From positions 1 to 31,676 of the forward strand of contig JADLBA010000062.1 in the NCBI GenBank assembly GCA_020848015.1: 31,676 nt of DNA. Direction: 5' to 3'. A model generated the notes under the pieces. It was given only the letters and a program-made list of their open reading frames with translations. It searched no databases and was not told the DNA's origin. The stretch comes from Crocinitomicaceae bacterium (GTDB taxonomy: Bacteria > Bacteroidota > Bacteroidia > Flavobacteriales_D > Sanyastnellaceae). The stretch's first letter is position 1. Each line of letters opens with the position of its first letter. This document shows positions 18,069 through 26,336 of the stretch, piece by piece. A program made the position numbers and the translations under genes.

Positions 18069-20015
18069 TCAATAAAGTACCGCTGAACCAAAGTATTTTG
18101 ACAGCTCCATTTTTGCCTTGTTCAGAATTATTTTTTCATGCAGCAATGCTTCTATTTTTTCTTCCTCCGCTTCGTTTTTCATAGCATTATCTATCTCACT
18201 AAGAAGCTGTAAAACCTTCCGCAATTTTAACCGGAATACGCAGTCTTTGGAGGCCTTCCTTAACAACATCTCTTCAATCTCCGGATATACTCCGTGCTTT
18301 ACCGTCCAGTTATCGCTCAAATGATACCGGTTTGCCAAAATGTTGCTCGTTTCTGTGGCAATTCCTTCATCGCTGTGGAGCGTAAATTTTTTTGTCTCAG
18401 GTATCTCTTCGCGTCCTACAAATTCAACATACTCTTTCAGGATGCGCGAGTAGATAGGATCCTGCAATTCGAGGTCATCTTGTTCAAGGCTGCCAATCAG
18501 GTACTCTGCAACAGAGATAGCGTGAAGTTCAGTCTTTCCTTCTTCTATTTGTACAGGTATATCAATGTTTTTTTCACCGTATGACAGCAGAATCCGAATA
18601 AAATCTTTTTCCTGATGATAAAATGAACCCCCCGATTCTGGCTCAGCAACAGGGATTCCGTCAGCGGGAATTTCATCGAGCAACGGAAGTTCTTCTCTTG
18701 TCATTTTTTTCAACCCCGCCGCCAGAGATTTGTTCAGCTCTGCTATCAGCACATTTTCCTGCATATTCAGCAGATGGCTGCACTCCTGTACATACACTGA
18801 GCGCTGAATACCATCAGGTATCAGTGCAATGCTATCAACAATACCGCGGATGAGCGCTGCACGCTTTACAGGATCATTGCCCGCCTCTTCGATCAGCAGC
18901 GATGTTTTGAAACGGATAAAATCCTTTGCATACTGATCAATAAATTCCTGTATCTCAGCGCTGCTGTGTTTTTTTGCAAAACTGTCAGGATCGTCTCCAT
19001 CGGGAAAAAGCACTACGCGCACATTCAATCCTTCTTTCAGGATCATATCAATACCGCGAAAACTGGCTTTGATACCCGCAGAATCACCGTCGTACAGAAT
19101 GGTAACATTCAGTGTATAGCGACGTATCTGCCGTATCTGTCCTTCAGTAAGACTGGTACCGCTCGAAGCCACCACGTTTTCTATTCCAGCCTGATGGAGT
19201 GAAATAACATCGGTGTAGCCCTCGACCAAAAAACAATTGTTGTTTTTAACAATGCTGTTTTTTGCAAGGTGCAACCCGAACAGCACATTGCTTTTATTGT
19301 ATAGCTCGCTTTCAGGGCTGTTGAAGTATTTGGCAATATCTTTTTCTGCTTTTAGCGTGCGTCCTGCAAAGGCGATAATTTTCCCCGAAACATTGTGTAT
19401 CGGAAACATGACACGTCCGCGAAAAAAATCGTAAGGCACACCATCGCGCAAGCGGGTGAGACCTGTCTTTTCAAGGTATTTCAGGTTATATCCGGCTTCA
19501 AGAGCTGCCTGCGTCATCGCATCCCAGTTATCAGGGCAATAGCCAAGCTGGAATTTTGTGATGATGTCGTCGCGAAACCCACGCTCGATAAAATAACTCA
19601 GCCCAATAGCACGTCCGTCTTCTGTCTCATGTAATTGTTGCTGAAAATAGCGATGGGCAAAATCAGAAACCAGCGACAAATTTTCACGCTCACTCCTTTC
19701 CTGCATCTGCTCTTCGGTGGGCTTGTCTTCGTCTATTTCTATATTGTATTTTGCAGCAAGCCATCGCAGCGCTTCAGGATACGACATCTTTTCGTGCTCC
19801 ATAAGGAAACTCACGACATTGCCACCTTTCCCACTGCTAAAATCTTTGTAGATACCCTTTGATGGAATCACAAAAAAACTTGGAGTCTTTTCATTACTCC
19901 ATGGGGAAAGCCCTTTATAGGAAGATCCGCTTTTTTTCAGGTGCACAAATTCACCGATTATATCCTCAATAATGGCGGCATCAAATATGCTCGAAATGGT
20001 GTCTTGTGATATCAC
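18069..20015 (-). CDS. dnaG: DNA primase
   Basis: GTG start. EKTPSF, FRGRVMFPI, KYFNSPES, TOPRIM VEGYTDV and YDGDSAG, DPDS motifs. Confidence 0.96.
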   Translation of the reverse strand: MISQDTISSIFDAAIIEDIIGEFVHLKKSGSSYKGLSPWSNEKTPSFFVIPSKGIYKDFSSGKGGNVVSFLMEHEKMSYPEALRWLAAKYNIEIDEDKPTEEQMQERSERENLSLVSDFAHRYFQQQLHETEDGRAIGLSYFIERGFRDDIITKFQLGYCPDNWDAMTQAALEAGYNLKYLEKTGLTRLRDGVPYDFFRGRVMFPIHNVSGKIIAFAGRTLKAEKDIAKYFNSPESELYNKSNVLFGLHLAKNSIVKNNNCFLVEGYTDVISLHQAGIENVVASSGTSLTEGQIRQIRRYTLNVTILYDGDSAGIKASFRGIDMILKEGLNVRVVLFPDGDDPDSFAKKHSSAEIQEFIDQYAKDFIRFKTSLLIEEAGNDPVKRAALIRGIVDSIALIPDGIQRSVYVQECSHLLNMQENVLIAELNKSLAAGLKKMTREELPLLDEIPADGIPVAEPESGGSFYHQEKDFIRILLSYGEKNIDIPVQIEEGKTELHAISVAEYLIGSLEQDDLELQDPIYSRILKEYVEFVGREEIPETKKFTLHSDEGIATETSNILANRYHLSDNWTVKHGVYPEIEEMLLRKASKDCVFRLKLRKVLQLLSEIDNAMKNEAEEEKIEALLHEKIILNKAKMELSKYFGSAVLY

Positions 20016-20034
20016 GGAAAAAAGATGGGAACGA

Positions 20035-20042
20035 CAAATATA
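20035..20042 (-). promoter_or_regulatory. -7 promoter box (TATATTTG) for dnaG
   Basis: Exact TAnnTTTG on the minus strand, 19 nt upstream of the GTG. Confidence 0.65.
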
Positions 20043-20121
20043 ACACCCTGTAATAGATGAAATTCATGGCTTTTCATGGTTTCAATCATTATTCCAAATT
20101 CGTTGAACCGCTCGCTGCCTT

Positions 20122-20916
20122 TCAGGCCGAAGCACTGTTGCCCGCCGCCTCTTCATAGCGCTTTGTAAGAGCCACAAAATCGAGGGAGCTCAATTGTTCG
20201 GGACGCTTTTCAAACAGGGGTTCCGAAAGATCCACCCGCCCTGTATGAAATCCCTTCAGCGAGTTTCGCATGGTTTTTCTCCGTTGGTTGAAGGCAGTCT
20301 TAACCAACTGACGAAATAATTTTTCATCACAGCCCAGTGACGTGTCTGTTTTGCGCACCAACCGGATAACACCACTCTTTATCTTGGGAGGAGGAATAAA
20401 TTCTTTTTCATCCACTGTAAAAAGATATTCCACATGATAATAGGCCTGTATGAAGATAGAAAGGATCCCGTAGTCGCGATTACCCGGACCACTCGCAATG
20501 CGCACCGCTACTTCTTTCTGAAACATACCTACTACTTCGGGCACACGGTCTTTATAATCGAGTATGCGGAAAAGTATTTGCGAAGAAATATTATATGGGA
20601 AATTGCCAATGATAGCCACCTGACCGCTGAACAGTTTATCTAACGGAAGTTGTAAAAAATCTGTCTCTATAATTCTCCCTTTAAGTTCCGGAAAATGAAA
20701 ATTCAGATAGGCGATTGATTCATGGTCTATTTCCGACACAAATAATTTTTTTCCCGCGAGATGAAGCAGATGGCGGGTGAGGGCACCGGTTCCTGCACCA
20801 ATCTCCAGAACCGTTTCGTATTGATCATCGCAGATCAGGCTTTGCGCAATTTCAGTACAGATACCGTCATTGCTCAGAAAATGCTGGCCAAGATGTTTCT
20901 TAGGTTTTACATACAC
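20122..20916 (-). CDS. rsmA: 16S rRNA m6,2A1518/1519 dimethyltransferase
   Basis: KPKKHLGQHFL, EIGAGTGALT, GNFPYNISS, MFQKEVA, FNQRRKT. Likely GTG start at 20916 (VYVKPKK). Confidence 0.96.
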   Translation of the reverse strand: MYVKPKKHLGQHFLSNDGICTEIAQSLICDDQYETVLEIGAGTGALTRHLLHLAGKKLFVSEIDHESIAYLNFHFPELKGRIIETDFLQLPLDKLFSGQVAIIGNFPYNISSQILFRILDYKDRVPEVVGMFQKEVAVRIASGPGNRDYGILSIFIQAYYHVEYLFTVDEKEFIPPPKIKSGVIRLVRKTDTSLGCDEKLFRQLVKTAFNQRRKTMRNSLKGFHTGRVDLSEPLFEKRPEQLSSLDFVALTKRYEEAAGNSASA

Positions 20917-21089
20917 AGAGCAAATCAACGGTAAATTTTTATTATGTAGCAGAAATGACCGATGAAACTTTGCCATACGGGTTCATTGATTGGGGCTGCC
21001 TGTTTTAAAGAAAAATTGTTCGTGTGAAAAGGATGCAGTAAATTAGACACCTTGTTGTCACACTTTATGGCCGACAAAATAATTAACCA

Positions 21090-21578
21090 ATGAAAATAAA
21101 TCTTTTTCTCTCAATTCTTTTAACCAGTGCAACAGTTGTTGGCTATGCTCAATCCGGCGGAACGCTTAAATTCAAGCAGGCCAAGTTGATTACCAATTCG
21201 ATAGAAACAGTTCCTGCCAACCATGTATGGAAAATCACCGCCGTATATGGCACGGTAGAGGGATGTCATCTAATTGGTGCCTGTTACACGGCTCTTTCAC
21301 CACTATCTTACGCTTTTGCGAAATACACAGGTTTTCAGGTCGAGGGGACAGAAATCCTTTCGAGTAGAATTTATGTCAAAGGAAATTTTTTCTCTAACAA
21401 TACCTGCACTAACGATCCCCGCTCATGGACTACTGGGAACCCGCCACTGTGCTCCACTATGGCCACTGATCTCTCCGCTAATCCAAATATTCTACCCTTC
21501 TGGCTCGGTGAGGGAAAAACACTCAAAGCAAGTGCCGCTGGTATTTTTCTCTCAGTTATCGAGTTTGAAATTGAATAA
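21090..21578 (+). CDS. Secreted hypothetical protein (stand-alone head-type domain, 4 Cys)
   Basis: Signal peptide ending YA-Q. TVPANHVWKI and PFWLGEGKTL...SVIEF motifs shared with the C-terminus of the 17266 protein. Confidence 0.72.
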   Translation: MKINLFLSILLTSATVVGYAQSGGTLKFKQAKLITNSIETVPANHVWKITAVYGTVEGCHLIGACYTALSPLSYAFAKYTGFQVEGTEILSSRIYVKGNFFSNNTCTNDPRSWTTGNPPLCSTMATDLSANPNILPFWLGEGKTLKASAAGIFLSVIEFEIE

Positions 21579-21635
21579 TCGAAATAATTATCATAAATGA
21601 AATCCATAACATTATATACCTGCTAATTCTATTAT

Positions 21636-23471
21636 ATGAAAAATATCTTACTTTTTATTACCATACTCACAGCTTCGTTGTTAAGTTATTCGCAGGTAGG
21701 GATAAATGCCAACGGGTCTTCTCCCAACTCATCTGCGGGTCTTGATGTTGACTTTACCAACAGGGGCATACTCATGCCGAGAATGACTACCGTGCAGCGC
21801 GATGCAATTCAGAATCCCGCTCTTTCCCTGTTGATATACAACACCACATCCAATTGTTATGAATCATACAACGGCATTTTGTGGCAATCTGTTTTTTGTC
21901 TTTGTACCGCTGCTCCCGATACTCCCGGTATAATAATCGGCAGCGCTACTTCCTGCGAAGCGGCTACGAATATTTCCTATTCGATCGTTGGTGTAAGCGG
22001 GGCTACTTCCTATACGTGGTATGTTCCTGCAGGTGCCAGTATTTCTGCAGGGCAGGGAGGAACATCGATCCTTGTCAACTTTGGTAATACATCAGGCAAT
22101 ATACAAGTCGTTGCAAACAATAGTTGTGGTATCAGCAGCCCCAGTAGTTTATCGGTGACTTTGAGCGGTGCCCCCAATACACCAGGTTCTATAACAGGAA
22201 ACACTACTCCCTGTACAGGTGCGTTGGGTGTTCCTTATTCAGTAACCCCTGTTCCAGGAGCTACCTCATATTCTTGGTCTGTGCCTTCTGGTGCAACCAT
22301 TACCTCAGGTCAGGGAACCTCCTCTATTGCGGTTGATTTCGGAAGCATCTCGGGCAGTGTTTCTGTCACTGCCGAAAACAGTTGCGGAACCAGCCTATCC
22401 AGCAATGCATCTGTTACATTGGGCACTATTCCGTCCATACCAGGAGCCATTTCAGGTAATGCTACTCCATGCGCCAATTCGTCGGGAAATGTTTACACGA
22501 TCAGCCCTGTGGCGGGCGCAACTTTCTATACTTGGACAGTGCCAGCAGGTGCTACAGTGACTTCTCCTCAGGGTAATACAAGTGCTACGGTAACTTTTGG
22601 TTCCGTCTCAGGATTGGTGCAGGTAACGGCAGACAATACCTGCGGATCGAGTAATGCAAGCGGTTTGTCTGTGACACTTGGTGGCGGTGTTACGGGAACA
22701 CAAACGTTCAGCTACACGGGAAGCATCACATCGTTCACAGTTCCGTCGTGTGTATCTTCTGTTACTATAGAAGCCTGGGGTGCTGAAGGGGGAAGAGGAA
22801 AGGAATCTGGTACCAGCTCATATTCCAGTGGTACCCCAGGAAAAGGTGCGCGAATGAAGGGAACAGTTACTGTTACCCCGGGTGAAACGCTGAAAGTATT
22901 GGTAGGTCAGAAAGGAGGAGAAAAGTTAGATCAGCTACAGCTTGGTGGGGGCGGTGGCGGCGGGTCTTTCGTGACCCGCAATGATAATACTCCGTTAGTA
23001 ATTGCCGGCGGAGGAGGGGGTTCAGGGCGTTATGACGGGAATAATGGTACTGACGGAACTACGAACACTTCCGGAACAAATGGAAATGGCCTTGGTGGAT
23101 CCGGTGGATCCGGCGGAAGTGGTGGCACAATGCACAGTTGTAGTTATTCAGGCGGTGGTGGTGCAGGTCTCACGGGTGCCGGACAAAATCACGGTGGAAC
23201 CAATGCACAGCCATTCATCAGTGGCGGCGCTGGAGCATCAGCGAGTACTGAATGGATCAACGGTAATGTCGGCGGATTTGGTGGTGGTGCCGGTACAGGG
23301 CCTCATGGTGGCGGTGGCGGCGGTGGATATTCGGGCGGAGGCGGCGGCGGCGACACCAACTGTGGCGGCAATGGCGGTGGCGGCGGCGGTGGTTCCTATA
23401 ATGGCGGAACCAACCAGTCCAACTCTTCCGGCGTTCAATCTGGAAATGGGCAAGTAATCATTAATTGGTGA
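21636..23471 (+). CDS. Secreted protein: N-module, 3 PKD-like repeats and C-terminal ALK/LTK-like glycine-rich domain
   Basis: Signal peptide ending YS-Q. GLDVDFTNRGILMPRMT module. Three 86-aa repeats. FTVP...IEAWGAEGG...VGQKGG...GGGGGGS..IAGGGGG...GGGGYSGGGGG...GNGQVIINW. Confidence 0.82.
   Translation: MKNILLFITILTASLLSYSQVGINANGSSPNSSAGLDVDFTNRGILMPRMTTVQRDAIQNPALSLLIYNTTSNCYESYNGILWQSVFCLCTAAPDTPGIIIGSATSCEAATNISYSIVGVSGATSYTWYVPAGASISAGQGGTSILVNFGNTSGNIQVVANNSCGISSPSSLSVTLSGAPNTPGSITGNTTPCTGALGVPYSVTPVPGATSYSWSVPSGATITSGQGTSSIAVDFGSISGSVSVTAENSCGTSLSSNASVTLGTIPSIPGAISGNATPCANSSGNVYTISPVAGATFYTWTVPAGATVTSPQGNTSATVTFGSVSGLVQVTADNTCGSSNASGLSVTLGGGVTGTQTFSYTGSITSFTVPSCVSSVTIEAWGAEGGRGKESGTSSYSSGTPGKGARMKGTVTVTPGETLKVLVGQKGGEKLDQLQLGGGGGGGSFVTRNDNTPLVIAGGGGGSGRYDGNNGTDGTTNTSGTNGNGLGGSGGSGGSGGTMHSCSYSGGGGAGLTGAGQNHGGTNAQPFISGGAGASASTEWINGNVGGFGGGAGTGPHGGGGGGGYSGGGGGGDTNCGGNGGGGGGGSYNGGTNQSNSSGVQSGNGQVIINW
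21912..22685 (+). repeat. Three tandem 258-bp (86-aa) PKD-like domain repeats
   Basis: Repeats start at 21912, 22170 and 22428. Each has P-G-x-I-x-G...C...GAT-x-Y-x-W-x-VP-x-GA...QG...V-x-FG...N-x-CG. Confidence 0.88.
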
Positions 23472-23491
23472 AATTTTTTTCAGCGGCCTAA

Positions 23492-23530
23492 AGGAACCTT
23501 ACTCAATCAGTGTAAGGTTCCTGTTTTTTT
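23492..23530 (+). terminator. Intrinsic terminator downstream of the glycine-rich protein gene (convergent with queG)
   Basis: AGGAACCTTAC-N9-GTAAGGTTCCT 11-bp stem followed by G and T7. Confidence 0.85.
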
Positions 23531-23602
23531 CGATAATATTATATCAGTGAAGATTATAGATTCATGTGAATGACCAGTGCGGTCAATAATATTTTGATTT
23601 AA

Positions 23603-24529
23603 TCAACTGCGCAGAAACGAAATATTTCGTTTCAACCCATCGTACCCCGTTCGTTTTACCGGACTTTTTTTAAATACTCTTTTAAAAATATCTTCAGTGA
23701 TCTCTTCATAATCGGAAGCCGTCATTTTCAGTAGTTCTTCCGAAGGGTCGAAACGTGCCTCATGGTGTGGTTTTGAAAAACGGTTCCAGGGGCAAACATC
23801 CTGGCATATATCGCACCCGAAAGCCCATCCCTCTAATCTCCCTTTCATTTCTGAGGGAATTGCTTTCTTCAACTCAATCGTAAAATAGGAAATGCATTTG
23901 CTCCCATCAACGACGTACGGCGCTATTATCGCATCTGTCGGACAGGCATCAATGCAGGCTGTACAAGTACCGCAGTAATCGCCGACCGGACTATCCGCAT
24001 CAAGTTCTAGATCAATGATCAGTTCTGCAAGGAAAAAAAAAGAACCACTGCCTTTGTTGATCAGGTTACTGTTTTTCCCTATCCAGCCAAGACCTGATTT
24101 TGAAGCCCAAGCCCTGTCCAGGACGGGGGCGCTGTCTGTAAAAGCTCTTCCATTCACTTCTCCGATGTTGTCTGAAATAAAATTCATCAATTCACGCAAG
24201 CGGTCTTTGAGCACGAAGTGATAATCTTCTCCCATTGCATACTTCGATATTTTTGGTGCAGAATTGTCTATTTGTTTTTTGGGAGTGTAGTAATTGTAAA
24301 GCAGTGAAACTACACTTTTTGCACCAGGGACAAGCAGCGTGGGATCGAGACGTTTGTCAAAGTGATTAGCCATATAGGCCATTTCACCGTGCATATTTTT
24401 TTTCAGCCATTGTTCTAACCGGGGAGCCTCTTCTTCGAGAAAACCTGCTTTAGATATCCCACAAAACGAAAATCCAAGTCTGCGGGCTTCTTCTTTTATT
24501 AAAAGAGCATGACTACTGCTGTAATTCAT
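23603..24529 (-). CDS. queG: tRNA epoxyqueuosine(34) reductase
   Basis: [63 protein letters not shown]. Confidence 0.95.
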   Translation of the reverse strand: MNYSSSHALLIKEEARRLGFSFCGISKAGFLEEEAPRLEQWLKKNMHGEMAYMANHFDKRLDPTLLVPGAKSVVSLLYNYYTPKKQIDNSAPKISKYAMGEDYHFVLKDRLRELMNFISDNIGEVNGRAFTDSAPVLDRAWASKSGLGWIGKNSNLINKGSGSFFFLAELIIDLELDADSPVGDYCGTCTACIDACPTDAIIAPYVVDGSKCISYFTIELKKAIPSEMKGRLEGWAFGCDICQDVCPWNRFSKPHHEARFDPSEELLKMTASDYEEITEDIFKRVFKKSPVKRTGYDGLKRNISFLRS

Positions 24530-24559
24530 TTTTGGTAATACAACTTCTGTATCCTTAGG

Positions 24560-25591
24560 TTAGAACAAACTTCCCGGAGAGGCTTTTCTTATTTTACCAA
24601 GATGATGATAGGTGAGTTCTGTGAGTTGCCTTCCGCGGGGTGTACGCATCAGGAATCCTTCCTGAATCAGAAAAGGCTCATAGACCTCTTCAATAGTTCC
24701 TGCATCTTCGCTCACCGCAGTAGCAATAGTGGTAAGCCCTACAGGCCCGCCATTAAATTTGTCTAGTATGGTCAGCAGTATTTTATTGTCCATCTCATCG
24801 AGGCCTAATTTATCAACGTTCAGCGCATTCAGTGCAGTCTCAGTAATGGTGATATCAATGATGCCATCGCCTTTGATCTGCGCAAAGTCTCGTACTCTCC
24901 TCAAAAGTGCATTGGCTATACGCGGTGTGCCCCGGCTGCGGCGTGCTATTTCATAGGCGGCATCGGGTCGTATTTCAATGTTCAGAATTCCCGAACTGCG
25001 TTCCACAATATCTGTCAAGGTACGTGCATCGTAATAAGAAAGCCGGGCATTGATGCCAAACCGCGCACGAAGCGGTGAGGTTAGTAATCCTGATCGGGTG
25101 GTGGCACCTACGAGCGTAAAAGGATTGATCTTAATCTGTACCGAACGAGCATTCGGGCCGGTATCAATCATCAGGTCTATACAGTAATCTTCCATTGCAG
25201 AGTACAGATACTCTTCTACCACAGGGCTTAACCGGTGTATCTCATCAATGAAAAGTACATCGTGATTTTCAAGATTGGTCAACAACCCGGCTAGATCGGC
25301 GGGCTTGTCAAGCACAGGCCCCGAAGTGGTTTTGATGTTCACCCCCATTTCGTTGGAAATAATATAAGCCAGAGTTGTTTTACCTAATCCAGGGGGGCCA
25401 TGCAGCAGCACGTGATCGAGGGCTTCCTCTCTCTTTTTTGCCGCCTTTACAAATACTCCTAGGTTTTCAAGTACCTGTCTCTGACCGGTAAAGTCATCGA
25501 AACTGGCTGGTCGCAGCACACGGTCAATGTCTCTTTCGGAAGGCTGTTGTGATTTTTGCTCTGCTTCTTCTCTTATATTGAAGGATTCCAT
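24560..25591 (-). CDS. ruvB: Holliday junction branch migration helicase RuvB
   Basis: [46 protein letters not shown]...TPRGR. Confidence 0.98.
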   Translation of the reverse strand: MESFNIREEAEQKSQQPSERDIDRVLRPASFDDFTGQRQVLENLGVFVKAAKKREEALDHVLLHGPPGLGKTTLAYIISNEMGVNIKTTSGPVLDKPADLAGLLTNLENHDVLFIDEIHRLSPVVEEYLYSAMEDYCIDLMIDTGPNARSVQIKINPFTLVGATTRSGLLTSPLRARFGINARLSYYDARTLTDIVERSSGILNIEIRPDAAYEIARRSRGTPRIANALLRRVRDFAQIKGDGIIDITITETALNALNVDKLGLDEMDNKILLTILDKFNGGPVGLTTIATAVSEDAGTIEEVYEPFLIQEGFLMRTPRGRQLTELTYHHLGKIRKASPGSLF

Positions 25592-25596
25592 CAGAC

Positions 25597-25604
25597 CAAA
25601 GATA
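25597..25604 (-). promoter_or_regulatory. -7 promoter box (TATCTTTG) for ruvB-queG
   Basis: Exact TAnnTTTG on the minus strand, 5 nt upstream of the ruvB ATG. Confidence 0.7.
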
Positions 25605-25639
25605 ACTTTTTCGCGTGAAGCTCCGGTGACTTGTATTAC

Positions 25640-26290
25640 TTACTTTTCTCCATTTCTGCTGTTGTATTTTTTCTTGCTGATTTTGTATATCTCATCAAAA
25701 ATTAACCTGATACGAAGCACATAGGTGGGAGAGGTAAAGCGCTGTTCTATTTCATGGTTATTTTTCAACATCAGCCGGTATCCCACTCCAGCGCCAAGCC
25801 CAAGTACGTTCAGTACTTTGTATTCGAGGGCCATCGAAGGCTCATAAAGTACCACGCTGTTGCGGGCAAGTTTCATGGAATTACTTCCTTCACCCACTTG
25901 TAAAAAGCTTTTCCCGATGCCGATCTGAACCGGTACAGTAGCTTCCCACGTGCCGTTTCTGTAAAATGTATATTCTGCAAAAGGTGCTATGTAGCGGAGC
26001 CGCACAACGGCAAGCTCCTCTTTACCCGCTAACGATACCGGCTGCACAATATCTGTTTTAAGCCAGTTATAACTTACACCAAGACTTAACGATTTTCGGA
26101 AGTTGACTCCTGCCTTGATACTGCGCATCTGTGCTGCTCTGCCGGTGATGAAAGAATTTCGGGTATCAAATTTTGCAGTGGGAACCGGTTTGTGGTGCAG
26201 AATGTGACGAAGCGAATCAGACAGGTTTACTGTTTGTGCTTTTCCCTCAATGAGAAAAAATAGTAGGGGTGTAAAAAAAAGTGTCCGCAA
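25640..26290 (-). CDS. Hypothetical exported protein, probable small outer-membrane beta-barrel
   Basis: TTG start. Signal-peptide-like MRTLFFTPLLFFLIEGKA-Q. Alternating amphipathic strands (LSLGVSYNW, FAEYTFY, LEYKV, LGAGVGYRL). Confidence 0.6.
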   Translation of the reverse strand: MRTLFFTPLLFFLIEGKAQTVNLSDSLRHILHHKPVPTAKFDTRNSFITGRAAQMRSIKAGVNFRKSLSLGVSYNWLKTDIVQPVSLAGKEELAVVRLRYIAPFAEYTFYRNGTWEATVPVQIGIGKSFLQVGEGSNSMKLARNSVVLYEPSMALEYKVLNVLGLGAGVGYRLMLKNNHEIEQRFTSPTYVLRIRLIFDEIYKISKKKYNSRNGEK

Positions 26291-26313
26291 TTCTGTGACG
26301 AAGTTACGGACAC
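26273..26313 (-). terminator. Intrinsic terminator of the act-cox operon
   Basis: Minus-strand RNA GUGUCCGUAA-N13-UUGCGGACAC (10-bp stem with one G-U) followed by U8, 23 nt after the coxA stop. Confidence 0.78.
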
Positions 26314-26336
26314 AATATACTTTCAGAAAAGAAGTG

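Noticed and set aside
22941-23400. GGC/GGT runs as a microsatellite or CRISPR-like array
   Set aside because: They are in-frame polyglycine codons with mixed third positions; there is no repeat-spacer structure anywhere in the window.
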